Assembly (NCBI GenBank): GCA_017503465.1
Contig: JAFVSY010000109.1
Span: 2,726 to 66,725 of the forward strand
Source: Tidjanibacter sp.
GTDB lineage: Bacteria > Bacteroidota > Bacteroidia > Bacteroidales > Rikenellaceae
Direction: 5' to 3'
DNA length: 64,000 bases
The position numbers and the translations under genes are program-made. Shown here piece after piece: positions 50,875 through 59,459 of this stretch (the stretch's first letter is position 1; every line of letters begins with the position of its first letter). The notes under the pieces are model-generated. The model was not told the DNA's origin. It saw only the letters and a program-made list of their open reading frames with translations, and ran no database searches.

Positions 50875-52131
50875 ATGAACAAACGCCGCACAGCCACCTT
50901 TGCCGATGCCCGGAAGGAGATGCGCCCCGTGGCATTCAGCACTATGCTCAAGCCCGCCGGTTCCACCTGCAACCTCGACTGCTCCTACTGTTACTACCTC
51001 GACAAGGCGGTGCAGTATGGGGGGCACCAGGCCACAATGAGCGACGAGTTGCTGGAGGAGTACATCCGACAGTACATCACCGCCAACGCGGTGGATGTGG
51101 TAACCTTCTGCTGGCACGGAGGCGAGCCGCTCCTATTGGGGGTGGATTTTTACCGCAAGGCTGTGGCGTTGCAACAGAAATATGCGGCCGGTAAGCGCAT
51201 AGACAACACCCTTCAGACCAACGCCACACTCATCAACGAGGAGTGGTGCGAGTTCTTCAAGGAGAGTGGATTTTTGGTGGGTGTGTCGCTCGACGGCCCA
51301 CAGGACGTGCACGATGCCTTCCGCCTCGACAAGGGCGGCAGGCCCACGTGGGAGAGGGTGATGAAGTCGGTGGAGATGTTGCGCCGCTACGGGGTGGAGT
51401 TCAACACACTGAGCGTGGTCAATAGTCGCTGCGAGGGACGAGGGGCGGAGATTTACCGCTTCTTCAAGTCCATCGGTAGTCGCTATATGCAGTTCCTGCC
51501 CGCCGTGGAGCACGTGGTGGACAGGGCTGGTCTGCACCGCCCGCTGATTGTGTCGCCCACCACCGAGGGAGCCCGACCTGCGGAGTGGAACGTGGGCGCA
51601 AGGGCCTACGGAGAATTCCTCAACGATATTTTCGACGAGTGGGTGCTGGCCGACGTGGGACGTTACTTTGTGCAGATGTTTGATGCCACGCTGGCCCAAT
51701 ACTGCGGTGTGCAACCGGGAGTGTGCTCAATGGGCGAGACCTGTGGCGACTGCCTTGTGGTGGAGCACAACGGCGATGTCTACAACTGCGACCACTTTGT
51801 CTACCCCGACTACCTGCTGGGCAACATCAAGGAGCAGTCGTTGGCGGAGATTTACGCCTCGTCGAAGAGATTTCGCTTTGGACTCGACAAGCGCAACACC
51901 CTGCCGAGGGAGTGCCTCGGGTGTGAGTTCTACTTTGCCTGCCGTGGCGAGTGCCCCAAGCACCGCTTCGACAAGGGGTCCGACGGGGAGCCCAAGAACA
52001 CCCTTTGCGAGGGACTGAAACTCTACTTCCGCCACACCAAGCCCTATATGGAGCAGATGAAAGCCCTCTTGGAGAGAGGCCAATCGCCCGCCTTTGTGAT
52101 GCCGTGGGCCAGGGCAAGAATGGGGTTTTAG
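50875..52131 (+). CDS. Anaerobic sulfatase-maturating radical SAM/SPASM enzyme (anSME/ChuR)
   Basis: CNLDCSYC, WHGGEP, VEHNGDVYNCDHFV, C..C.....C.GECPKHR. Confidence 0.92.
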   Translation: MNKRRTATFADARKEMRPVAFSTMLKPAGSTCNLDCSYCYYLDKAVQYGGHQATMSDELLEEYIRQYITANAVDVVTFCWHGGEPLLLGVDFYRKAVALQQKYAAGKRIDNTLQTNATLINEEWCEFFKESGFLVGVSLDGPQDVHDAFRLDKGGRPTWERVMKSVEMLRRYGVEFNTLSVVNSRCEGRGAEIYRFFKSIGSRYMQFLPAVEHVVDRAGLHRPLIVSPTTEGARPAEWNVGARAYGEFLNDIFDEWVLADVGRYFVQMFDATLAQYCGVQPGVCSMGETCGDCLVVEHNGDVYNCDHFVYPDYLLGNIKEQSLAEIYASSKRFRFGLDKRNTLPRECLGCEFYFACRGECPKHRFDKGSDGEPKNTLCEGLKLYFRHTKPYMEQMKALLERGQSPAFVMPWARARMGF

Positions 52132-52140
52132 GCACAAACA

Positions 52141-52176
52141 AAAAAGCGAGTGGACACATTGCCACTCGTTTTTTTG
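52141..52176. terminator. Bidirectional terminator
   Basis: AAAAAGCGAGTGG / CCACTCGTTTTTTT. Confidence 0.75.
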
Positions 52177-52226
52177 TTTATTCCAATCTCGCACCCCCTC
52201 GATATGTGAGGGCTTGTGGCTGAGGC

Positions 52227-53606
52227 TTATCTCCACGAAGCGTTGAAGGCGTTTTTGCCCTCCAGCCTTGTACCTTTGGTGGTCTGGGCCCACCACTCCT
52301 CAAACTCGGCCCTCATACGCTCCACCCGCTCGGGATAGAGAGCCGAGAGGTCGTGTTCCTCCTGTGGGTCGTTGAAGAGGTTGAAGAGATAGTAGGTGCC
52401 ATCCTTGCGCCCCACCATCTTCCAATAGCCCTCGGTCATTGCCATCCACCCCGTGTAGCCATAGAACACCTTGCGCTGCGGCAGGGGCCTGCCATCCGTG
52501 AGCATCGAGAGTGCCGACACTCCGTCGATGGGGCGATTGTTCTCCACTCCGCAGAACTCCAGAATGGTGGGCATAAGGTCCATTGTCATCATCGGCTCCG
52601 GCGAGATGCGGTGTCCCCACCCTGCGGGATAGTGGAATATGGCCGGCACACGCAAGCCACCCTCAAAAAGGGTGCCCTTGGCACCACGCAAGTAGCCACC
52701 CGTGGAGGGATACTTTTCGGCCGCCGTGGATGCACCACCATTGTCGGATGTGAAGATTATCAGGGTGTTCTCCTCAACCCCCGCCTCACGCAGAGCCTCC
52801 ACAATCTGCCCCACGCCCTCGTCCATAGCCTGCACCATATCACGGTAGATGCGTTGGTATTCGGCGGGGTCCATATGTTTATCGTGGCGGTAGGGGCACT
52901 TTTCGGCTGTGCGCAACGGAGGGTCGTTTGGGCCCTGCATCGGCACGTGCACCGCGTTGTGCGACACAAAGAGGAAGAAGGGCTTTTGCTGCTCCACCGA
53001 CTCGCGAATGAACTCCACCGAGTAGCGGTTTATGAGGTGCGTAACATAGCCCGGCTCGTCCTTAACCTCCCGTCCATCCCACCAATCTATGCGGTGCTGG
53101 GTGTTGTAGTGGGAGTGGAAGTCGATATTGCCCATCACATATCCGTGCCACTCGTCGAAGCCGTGGTTCAGGGGGTTGTAGCGCAGGTCCTGGCCAAGGT
53201 GCCATTTGCCCATAATGCCTGTGCGGTAGCCTGCCGCTTGGAGTTGTGTGGCAAAGGCGGGGAATTGGTCGGGGTCCAGCCCGTCCATCGGGTCGGTCTC
53301 GGAGTAGATGTGGTTGAGTCCTGCACGCTGTTGGTAGCAGCCGGTCATTATGGAGACCCTCGTTGGGGAACTCACGGGAGCGTTGGTGTGGAAGTTGGTG
53401 CACACAATGCCCTCCTCGGCAAGGCGGTCGATGGCCGGCGAGGGAATTCCGTCGCCACCATAGCAATGCACTCCACCATAGCCCATATCATCGGCCAAGA
53501 TGAGGATTACGTTTGGTTGCGAGGGGTTGGTTTGCGCTGCTGCCACTCCCGAAAGGGTGAGCAGTGGGAGAGTGAGTAGCGGCGAGGTCTGTTTGAGAGG
53601 TGCCAT
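52227..53606 (-). CDS. Ser-type S1 sulfatase
   Basis: PNVILILADDMG, SSPTR (S-x-P-x-R), GKWHLG, SDNGG, KGTLFEGGLRVP; start at MAPLKQ. Confidence 0.92.
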   Translation of the reverse strand: MAPLKQTSPLLTLPLLTLSGVAAAQTNPSQPNVILILADDMGYGGVHCYGGDGIPSPAIDRLAEEGIVCTNFHTNAPVSSPTRVSIMTGCYQQRAGLNHIYSETDPMDGLDPDQFPAFATQLQAAGYRTGIMGKWHLGQDLRYNPLNHGFDEWHGYVMGNIDFHSHYNTQHRIDWWDGREVKDEPGYVTHLINRYSVEFIRESVEQQKPFFLFVSHNAVHVPMQGPNDPPLRTAEKCPYRHDKHMDPAEYQRIYRDMVQAMDEGVGQIVEALREAGVEENTLIIFTSDNGGASTAAEKYPSTGGYLRGAKGTLFEGGLRVPAIFHYPAGWGHRISPEPMMTMDLMPTILEFCGVENNRPIDGVSALSMLTDGRPLPQRKVFYGYTGWMAMTEGYWKMVGRKDGTYYLFNLFNDPQEEHDLSALYPERVERMRAEFEEWWAQTTKGTRLEGKNAFNASWR

Positions 53607-53770
53607 TGTAGGGGTTGGTTTGTGGGTTGTGGTTGTGGTTGTGCTACAAAGATACAAATCGGGGGCCGAAAAGGCAGGCAACAATCGTTCGCAAAGATAG
53701 ACGAAACGTACAAACGAGGGTGGGTTTGAAAAAAATAGAGTCGGAGTGTGTAAATTATGGAACTTTTTTC

Positions 53771-53778
53771 TACCTTTG
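53771..53778 (+). promoter_or_regulatory. -7 promoter element of the pheA operon leader
   Basis: TACCTTTG, 23 bp upstream of the leader ATG. Confidence 0.65.
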
Positions 53779-53801
53779 TGCTTGGTTTGTGAAAAAAAAT
53801 A

Positions 53802-53900
53802 ATGATAGAAACTATGAGGGCTCTCTATTCGCCATTTTATTACGCATTCGGTTTTTACTGCTTCGGTTTTGGAGGCGGTAGCGTGGCTTGTGGCAAGTAG
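53802..53900 (+). CDS. Phe/Tyr attenuator leader peptide MIETMRALYSPFYYAFGFYCFGFGGGSVACGK
   Basis: 5 Phe and 4 Tyr codons within 15 codons, upstream of a terminator and pheA (alternative start 53814). Confidence 0.8.
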   Translation: MIETMRALYSPFYYAFGFYCFGFGGGSVACGK

Positions 53901-53942
53901 AGGGATGTACTCAACAAAATAGGAACAAAAGCAAAACACTCC

Positions 53943-53989
53943 AAAAAGCCGGCCGCACCACCACTTGCAAGCGCCGGTTTTTTTATTTT
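53943..53989 (+). terminator. Attenuator terminator hairpin
   Basis: AAAAAGCCGGCCGC...GCGCCGGTTTTTTTATTTT. Confidence 0.75.
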
Positions 53990-54087
53990 GTGCGGCAAGT
54001 GGGGCAAGTGGGACAACACAGGTGTAAGGTTAGGGGGCTTTTTCGGGACAAGACGAAAGAGTTGAACAAGAGAGCAATAGGTTTGCA

Positions 54088-54921
54088 ATGAGGATAGCAA
54101 TTCAGGGATACGAGGGGTGTTTCCACCAGATTGTGGCCGAGGAGTATTTCGGTCGCAAGGTGGAGATTGTGCCGTGCGACACCTTCCGCAAGGTGGCCGA
54201 GGCTGTAAAACACGCCGAAGCCGACTATGGGGTGATGGCCATTGAGAACTCCATTGCGGGGAGTATCATAGCCAACTACCAGATACTCCAGGACGAAAAC
54301 CTCCAGGTGGCAGGCGAGTACTACCTGCCCATTGAACAAAATCTGATGGTGTTGCCGGGGGTGAAGTTGGAAGACATCAGGGAGGTGGAGTCGCACCCGA
54401 TGGCTCTGTTGCAGTGTGCCGACTACCTCGATGAACACCCCTGGAAGGCCATCGAGAGCGACGACACTGCACTGAGCGCAAGGCACATTGCCGAGAAGCA
54501 GTTGCGACACACCGCAGCCATAGCCTCGCGCCGCGCAGCCGAACTCTTCGGGCTGGAGATTGTGGCACCCGCAATCAACACCGTGAAGAACAACTACACC
54601 CGTTTTATGATTCTCAAACGCTACGACCACTCCTTCCCCTCTGATGCCGACAAGGCCTCGCTCTACTTCCGCACCGCCCACCGCCAAGGGGCACTGCTGA
54701 AGGCACTGATGACCTTGGAGGGAGTGAACCTCTCGAAGTTGCAGTCCTACCCTGTGCCGAGCCAGCCGTGGCACTACTCGTTCCACGTGGATATGGAGTT
54801 TGAGTGTATGGACGACTACATCTCGGCCCTCAACCGCTTGCAGGGCGAAACCACCGAAATGCACGTCTACGGAGTCTACAAGAAAGCAATCAATCAATAC
54901 ATATACAACGATGAGCAATAG
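54088..54921 (+). CDS. pheA: Prephenate dehydratase with ACT domain
   Basis: IAIQG..G.FH, AIENSIAGS, SHPMAL.QC, NYTRF, NLSKLQS.P. Confidence 0.92.
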   Translation: MRIAIQGYEGCFHQIVAEEYFGRKVEIVPCDTFRKVAEAVKHAEADYGVMAIENSIAGSIIANYQILQDENLQVAGEYYLPIEQNLMVLPGVKLEDIREVESHPMALLQCADYLDEHPWKAIESDDTALSARHIAEKQLRHTAAIASRRAAELFGLEIVAPAINTVKNNYTRFMILKRYDHSFPSDADKASLYFRTAHRQGALLKALMTLEGVNLSKLQSYPVPSQPWHYSFHVDMEFECMDDYISALNRLQGETTEMHVYGVYKKAINQYIYNDEQ

Positions 54922-56107
54922 CAACAACACCCCCATCAACATCACCCTTTCGGAGCGTCTGGAAGGTGTGGAAGAGTATTATTTTTCCAAAAAGCTGCGC
55001 GAGATTGCCGAACTGCGCAAAGCAGGCAGGCCCATCATCAGCCTTGGCATCGGCTCGCCCGACCAGCCCCCTCACCCCTCGGTGGTAGAGGCCCTCTATG
55101 AGTGTGCCCAGAGGCCCGATGTGCACGTCTACCAACCCTACAAGGGTGCCGAGTGTCTGCGCGAAGCGTTTGCGGCGTGGTACAAGAAGTACTATGGCGT
55201 GGAGCTCAACGTGAACACCGAGGTGTTGCCACTCATCGGCTCCAAGGAGGGACTTATGCACCTCTGTATGACCTTTGTGCGCAAGGGCGAGCAGGTGCTC
55301 ATCCCCAACCCCGGCTACCCCACCTATCGCTCGGCCGTAACCCTCTCCGGCGGTGAGCCTCTGGCCTACACCCTCTCGCCCGAAAAGGGCTGGTTGCCCG
55401 ACTTTGAGGAGATGGAGAGTTGGGACCTGAGCCGTGTGAAGATGATGATTATGAACTACCCCCAGATGCCCACGGGTGCTCTGCCCACCGAGGAGATGTT
55501 CCACAGGGCTGTGGAGTTCGCCACCAAGCACAACATTCTGCTCATCCACGACAACCCCTACAGTTTCGTGCGCAACGACAAACCCGTGAGCCTCCTCTCC
55601 ATCCCCGGAGCAAGGGAGTGCGCAATGGAGATGAACTCGCTCAGCAAGAGCCACAATATGGCCGGCTGGCGTATCGGTGTGCTCTGCGGCCGCAAGGAGT
55701 GGGTGGAGGCTGTGATGCGCTTCAAGAGCAATATGGACTCGGGCCAATTCTTGCCGATGCAGGTGGCCGCTGTGACTGCGCTGGAGTTGGGCGAGGAGTG
55801 GTATGCCGACCTCAATGCGCTCTATCGTGGACGTGAGGCTGTGGGCAAGGAGTTGCTCGATGCACTCGGCTGCGAGTATGAGCCCAAGCAGGCAGGCCTC
55901 TTCTTGTGGGCCAAGATGCCGGAGTGGTTTGAGGGCGACAGCTACGCCTTCAGCGACTACCTTGTGGAACTGTGCGACCTCTTTGTTACCCCCGGAGCAA
56001 TCTTCGGCGAGGCCGGTCGCAAATATATCCGCATCACCCTCTGTACCCCCGAGGAGACTCTCCGCGAGGCCACCGCAAGGGTGAAGGCCAAATATGTCCG
56101 AAAGTAG
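54911..56107 (+). CDS. Class I/II PLP-dependent aminotransferase
   Basis: LGIGSPD, GSKEG, DNPYS, SLSKSHNMAGWRIG; start taken at MSNSNN. Confidence 0.9.
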   Translation: MSNSNNTPINITLSERLEGVEEYYFSKKLREIAELRKAGRPIISLGIGSPDQPPHPSVVEALYECAQRPDVHVYQPYKGAECLREAFAAWYKKYYGVELNVNTEVLPLIGSKEGLMHLCMTFVRKGEQVLIPNPGYPTYRSAVTLSGGEPLAYTLSPEKGWLPDFEEMESWDLSRVKMMIMNYPQMPTGALPTEEMFHRAVEFATKHNILLIHDNPYSFVRNDKPVSLLSIPGARECAMEMNSLSKSHNMAGWRIGVLCGRKEWVEAVMRFKSNMDSGQFLPMQVAAVTALELGEEWYADLNALYRGREAVGKELLDALGCEYEPKQAGLFLWAKMPEWFEGDSYAFSDYLVELCDLFVTPGAIFGEAGRKYIRITLCTPEETLREATARVKAKYVRK

Positions 56108-56181
56108 ACGTTGGACTTGACCGTGGGGCTGTAGCCCCCACCTTATGTATATACTATCACCACATTTGAACATTCCCGAAT

Positions 56182-57258
56182 ATGCAACCCATCAATACTC
56201 TCAAAGGCCAAAAGCCCATCGTCATAGCCGGCCCGTGCAGTGCCGAAAGTCGCGAACAACTGCTCGTAACGTGTGATGCCATCGTGCGCAACGGAGGCGT
56301 ACACCTACTGCGTGCAGGCATCTGGAAGCCACGCACCCGCCCCGGTACCTTTGAGGGTGTGGGCGAGGTGGGCCTTGAGTGGCTTGCCGAAGCGGGCAAG
56401 AGGGCTTCGCTACCAACCGCCACGGAGGTTGCCTCGGCCAAACACGTGGAGGCAGCCTTGAGGAACGGCGTGGAGGTGGTGTGGCTCGGAGCACGCACAA
56501 CCACCAACCCCTTCCTTGTGCAGGAGATTGCCGAGGCTGTGGCAGGCACCGACCTCAATGTGCTCATCAAAAACCCGATGAACCCCGACATCGAACTCTG
56601 GGCAGGAGCCGTGGCGAGAATGGAGAGGTGTGGCGTGGCCCGCGAGCGCATCGGCCTCATCCACAGGGGTTTTGCCACCTCCTCTGCGTGGAAATACCGC
56701 AACGAGCCGATGTGGCACTTGGTGTTGGATATGCAGCGTAAGTTCCCCGATATGGTCCTGCTGTGCGACCCCTCGCATATGTGCGGATGCAGGGAGTACC
56801 TGCAAGAGGTGTCGCAGACGGCAGCCAATATGAACTACGATGGCCTCATCATAGAGAGCCACATCTGCCCCTCGCAGGCACTCAGCGATGCGGCCCAGCA
56901 ACTCACCCCCGACGACCTCAAGGTGCTACTTGAGAGTGTTTCGTGGAGGGCGGAGCAGAGCAGCGATGAGGAGTACAAGAGGGAACTTGCACTGTGTCGT
57001 GAGGAGATTGACCAGATTGACAACGAACTCTTCGACCTGCTGGGCAGGCGTATGCAGGTGGCCGAGCGCATTGGCCACATCAAGAAGGAGAATGGAGTGG
57101 TGATTTTGCAGGGTGGCAGGTGGAGTTCCATTGTGGAGCGCATCGTTGGTCGCAGTGGCGAATTGGGGCTGAGCGAGGAGTTTGTGCGCTCGGTGCTCTA
57201 CTCCATCCACGCCGAGAGTATCGACCACCAAAACCGCATCCTTGCGGGCGAAGAGTAG
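56182..57258 (+). CDS. Bifunctional DAHP synthase / chorismate mutase
   Basis: IAGPCSAE, WKPRTRPG.FEG, GARTT.NPF, DPSH; C-terminal R.EIDQID...RM chorismate mutase domain. Confidence 0.92.
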   Translation: MQPINTLKGQKPIVIAGPCSAESREQLLVTCDAIVRNGGVHLLRAGIWKPRTRPGTFEGVGEVGLEWLAEAGKRASLPTATEVASAKHVEAALRNGVEVVWLGARTTTNPFLVQEIAEAVAGTDLNVLIKNPMNPDIELWAGAVARMERCGVARERIGLIHRGFATSSAWKYRNEPMWHLVLDMQRKFPDMVLLCDPSHMCGCREYLQEVSQTAANMNYDGLIIESHICPSQALSDAAQQLTPDDLKVLLESVSWRAEQSSDEEYKRELALCREEIDQIDNELFDLLGRRMQVAERIGHIKKENGVVILQGGRWSSIVERIVGRSGELGLSEEFVRSVLYSIHAESIDHQNRILAGEE

Positions 57259-57409
57259 GCCCCATAGAGGTGGCCTCGGAGGGCAAAAAGCAAGGAAATG
57301 AGCGAATTTTGGAGTTGGAATTTTGAATTTTGAATTTATTGCGTATCTTTGCAGTCCGAAAATTGGGAAAGACCGATTGTAGAAAAACCGATAAACATTA
57401 AATAGCGCT

Positions 57410-57565
57410 ATGAAAAGGACTTATCAACCTTCAAAGAGGAAAAGAATCAACAAGCACGGTTTCCGTGCACGTATGGCTACCGTAAACGGCCGCAAGGTCT
57501 TGGCAGCACGCCGTGCAAAAGGCCGCAAGAAACTCACCGTTTCGGACGAGTTGCGCAACAAATAG
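57410..57565 (+). CDS. rpmH: 50S ribosomal protein L34
   Basis: [41 protein letters not shown] (manual translation); TATCTTTG promoter at 57344. Confidence 0.98.
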   Translation: MKRTYQPSKRKRINKHGFRARMATVNGRKVLAARRAKGRKKLTVSDELRNK

Positions 57566-57634
57566 TCGAGAGGACTAACAGTTGATTCGAGAGAGTCTGA
57601 TGGTGGCAAGGCCACCCGCTCCGGACTCCACAAG

Positions 57635-57666
57635 AAAAACCACATCGGACGCGATGTGGTTTTTTT
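57635..57666 (+). terminator. rpmH terminator
   Basis: AAAAACCACATCG-gacg-CGATGTGGTTTTTTT. Confidence 0.85.
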
Positions 57667-57824
57667 GTTGCCCGACACTCCCCCACACCACACACACGCG
57701 CCACATAAACTCCACACACACCACCATCGGAAGAGTGCGCGGAGAAAAAAACACAAAAATAGTTTTTACTTTTGTAACCAACCGAGGTCTATACAGTCGA
57801 ACAAGCAACCCGAGCAACAAGGTA

Positions 57825-58364
57825 ATGCCCCACACGGAAAACGAAATATTGGACACACTGCGCAGCGACACCGATGCCGCCTTTGCGATGCTGTTGGAAC
57901 GCTTCCAAGAGCCCATCTATTGGCACGTGCGCCGTTTGGTGGTGGGGCACCACGACACCGAAGATGTTGTGCAGGAGGCCTTTGTGAGGGTCTACCGAGG
58001 GTTGCCACGCTTTAGGCAGGGCTCTTCGCTCTCCACCTGGGTCTACCGCATCGCCACCAACGAGGCCCTGCGTTGGCTCAAGAGGCGCAAGATTAGAGAT
58101 TTTTTGTTTGTGGATGCCGGCCAACAAGCCACAGCACAGGAGCCCTACATCGACTATGGCAACCTTGAGGCCATCGCCCTTCAGCGAGCCATAGCCTCCC
58201 TGCCACCCAAGCAGCGGTTGGTCTTTAGCCTCTGCTACTACGATGAGTTGGACTACGAGCAGGTGGCAGCCATCGTGGGTTGCAAGCCCTCGGCTGCGAA
58301 AGCAAACTACCACTTGGCCAAAAAGAGCGTGAAGGAGTTTTTGACCGCAAACCTCAACTTGTAA
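57825..58364 (+). CDS. ECF RNA polymerase sigma factor
   Basis: EDVVQEAF, TWVYRIATN, LPPKQRLVF.L.YY...Y.QVA. Confidence 0.92.
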   Translation: MPHTENEILDTLRSDTDAAFAMLLERFQEPIYWHVRRLVVGHHDTEDVVQEAFVRVYRGLPRFRQGSSLSTWVYRIATNEALRWLKRRKIRDFLFVDAGQQATAQEPYIDYGNLEAIALQRAIASLPPKQRLVFSLCYYDELDYEQVAAIVGCKPSAAKANYHLAKKSVKEFLTANLNL

Positions 58365-58385
58365 ACCACTACACACCAGAGAGAT

Positions 58386-58727
58386 ATGAAACAGACGGAG
58401 ATATTGGAACGAATTGGCAAGCAGTTGCCCTACACCACCCCCGAGGGTAGCCACAAGGAGTTGCAGCAGCGCATACTCGCCGCCACCATCGGTCAGCGCA
58501 CCGCCCACTCTACCACTCGTACTCGCGGACGCAAGGTGGCCCTATGGGGTAGCGGAGCCGTGGCGGTAGCAGCAGCGGCCATAGCATTGGCCCTTGTCGT
58601 GGGCACCCCAAAACCCACCGCCGCAGAGGCCTTCGACCAGATGTTGGCCCAACTGACCGATGAGCAGTGCAACGCCCTTGTGGCAAGTTACAGCAACGAC
58701 GTGTTCCTCTGGAGCATAGAGGAGTAA
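58386..58727 (+). CDS. Small single-TM protein, probable anti-sigma factor
   Basis: Directly follows the ECF sigma gene; PY.TPEG motif and one hydrophobic helix. Confidence 0.6.
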   Translation: MKQTEILERIGKQLPYTTPEGSHKELQQRILAATIGQRTAHSTTRTRGRKVALWGSGAVAVAAAAIALALVVGTPKPTAAEAFDQMLAQLTDEQCNALVASYSNDVFLWSIEE

Positions 58728-58776
58728 GCAAGCACTCACTTAACACAAACCCATAAATTAAAACCTACACAACACT

Positions 58777-59274
58777 ATGAAAAACATCGTGAAAACCCTC
58801 GCACTTGCCGCCCTTGCGCTGGCATTTTGCACCTCGGCCGTAGCACAAGAGGCCAAGCCCAAGCCCAAAAAAGAGAAGATGACTCCCGAGCAGGTTGCCA
58901 CCATTCAGGCCAAAGACATCGCCCACTCGTTGGGGCTTGATGACACCACCACCGAGAAGTTCACCAAGACTTTCTGCGCCTATCGTATGGAGATTCGTCA
59001 GGCCAATCAGGAGAAGAAGGCTATCGTTAAGGGTGTGCCCCGCAAGGATATGACCGAGCAGCAGGTGGAGGAGCAAATCAAGGCACAGTTTGCCCACAGC
59101 CACAAGGTTATCAACATCCGTGAGAAATACTACGGAGAGTTCCGCAAGTGCCTCAACCCTCGCCAGATACAGCGCGTGTATGAACTCGAGAAACGCCAGA
59201 GCGAGAAGATGAAGGCCCAACAAAAACAGCGCAAGGAGCAGAAAAAAGCCAAGGCTAATGCCAAGGCCAAATAG
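58777..59274 (+). CDS. Secreted helical protein, Spy/CpxP-like
   Basis: Signal peptide; LGLDD...F and LNPRQ motifs; Lys/Gln-rich helices. Confidence 0.55.
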   Translation: MKNIVKTLALAALALAFCTSAVAQEAKPKPKKEKMTPEQVATIQAKDIAHSLGLDDTTTEKFTKTFCAYRMEIRQANQEKKAIVKGVPRKDMTEQQVEEQIKAQFAHSHKVINIREKYYGEFRKCLNPRQIQRVYELEKRQSEKMKAQQKQRKEQKKAKANAKAK

Positions 59275-59294
59275 GTTTGCCCACACGCACAAGG

Positions 59295-59337
59295 AAGGGG
59301 GTGTGTCTAACAAGTTTTAGACACACCCCCTTATTTT
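59295..59337. terminator. Bidirectional terminator
   Basis: AAGGGGGTGTGTCTAA / TTAGACACACCCCCTT. Confidence 0.8.
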
Positions 59338-59367
59338 CTGTATAACACAAGAGGCTTCCCCCCTATT

Positions 59368-59391
59368 CTTGGGTATCTTTTTTAATACCCG
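59368..59391 (-). repeat. 24-bp palindromic site, copy 2
   Basis: CTTGGGTATCTTTTTTAATACCCG is the reverse complement of 32862-32885. Confidence 0.85.
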
Positions 59392-59409
59392 TGCTCTCCT
59401 CCTTGCAAT

Positions 59410-59445
59410 TACTATTTACTCTTTACTATTTACTATTTACTCTTT
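59410..59445. repeat. Heptamer tandem repeat TACT(A/C)TT x5
   Basis: tactatt tactctt tactatt tactatt tactctt. Confidence 0.75.
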
Positions 59446-59459
59446 GTGTGCCCATTGCG

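Noticed and set aside
32947-52131. RiPP cluster linking the YxxP peptide to the radical SAM/SPASM gene
   Set aside because: The enzyme is 18 kb away, has anSME motifs, shows no RRE domain and neighbours a sulfatase.
54078-54085. TAGGTTTG as a pheA promoter
   Set aside because: It lies only 2 bp from the ATG, too close for a -7 element. The promoter at 53771 fits better.
57410-57670. Replication origin next to rpmH (or near recF)
   Set aside because: No dnaA, no DnaA-box cluster and no long AT-rich unwinding region are visible.
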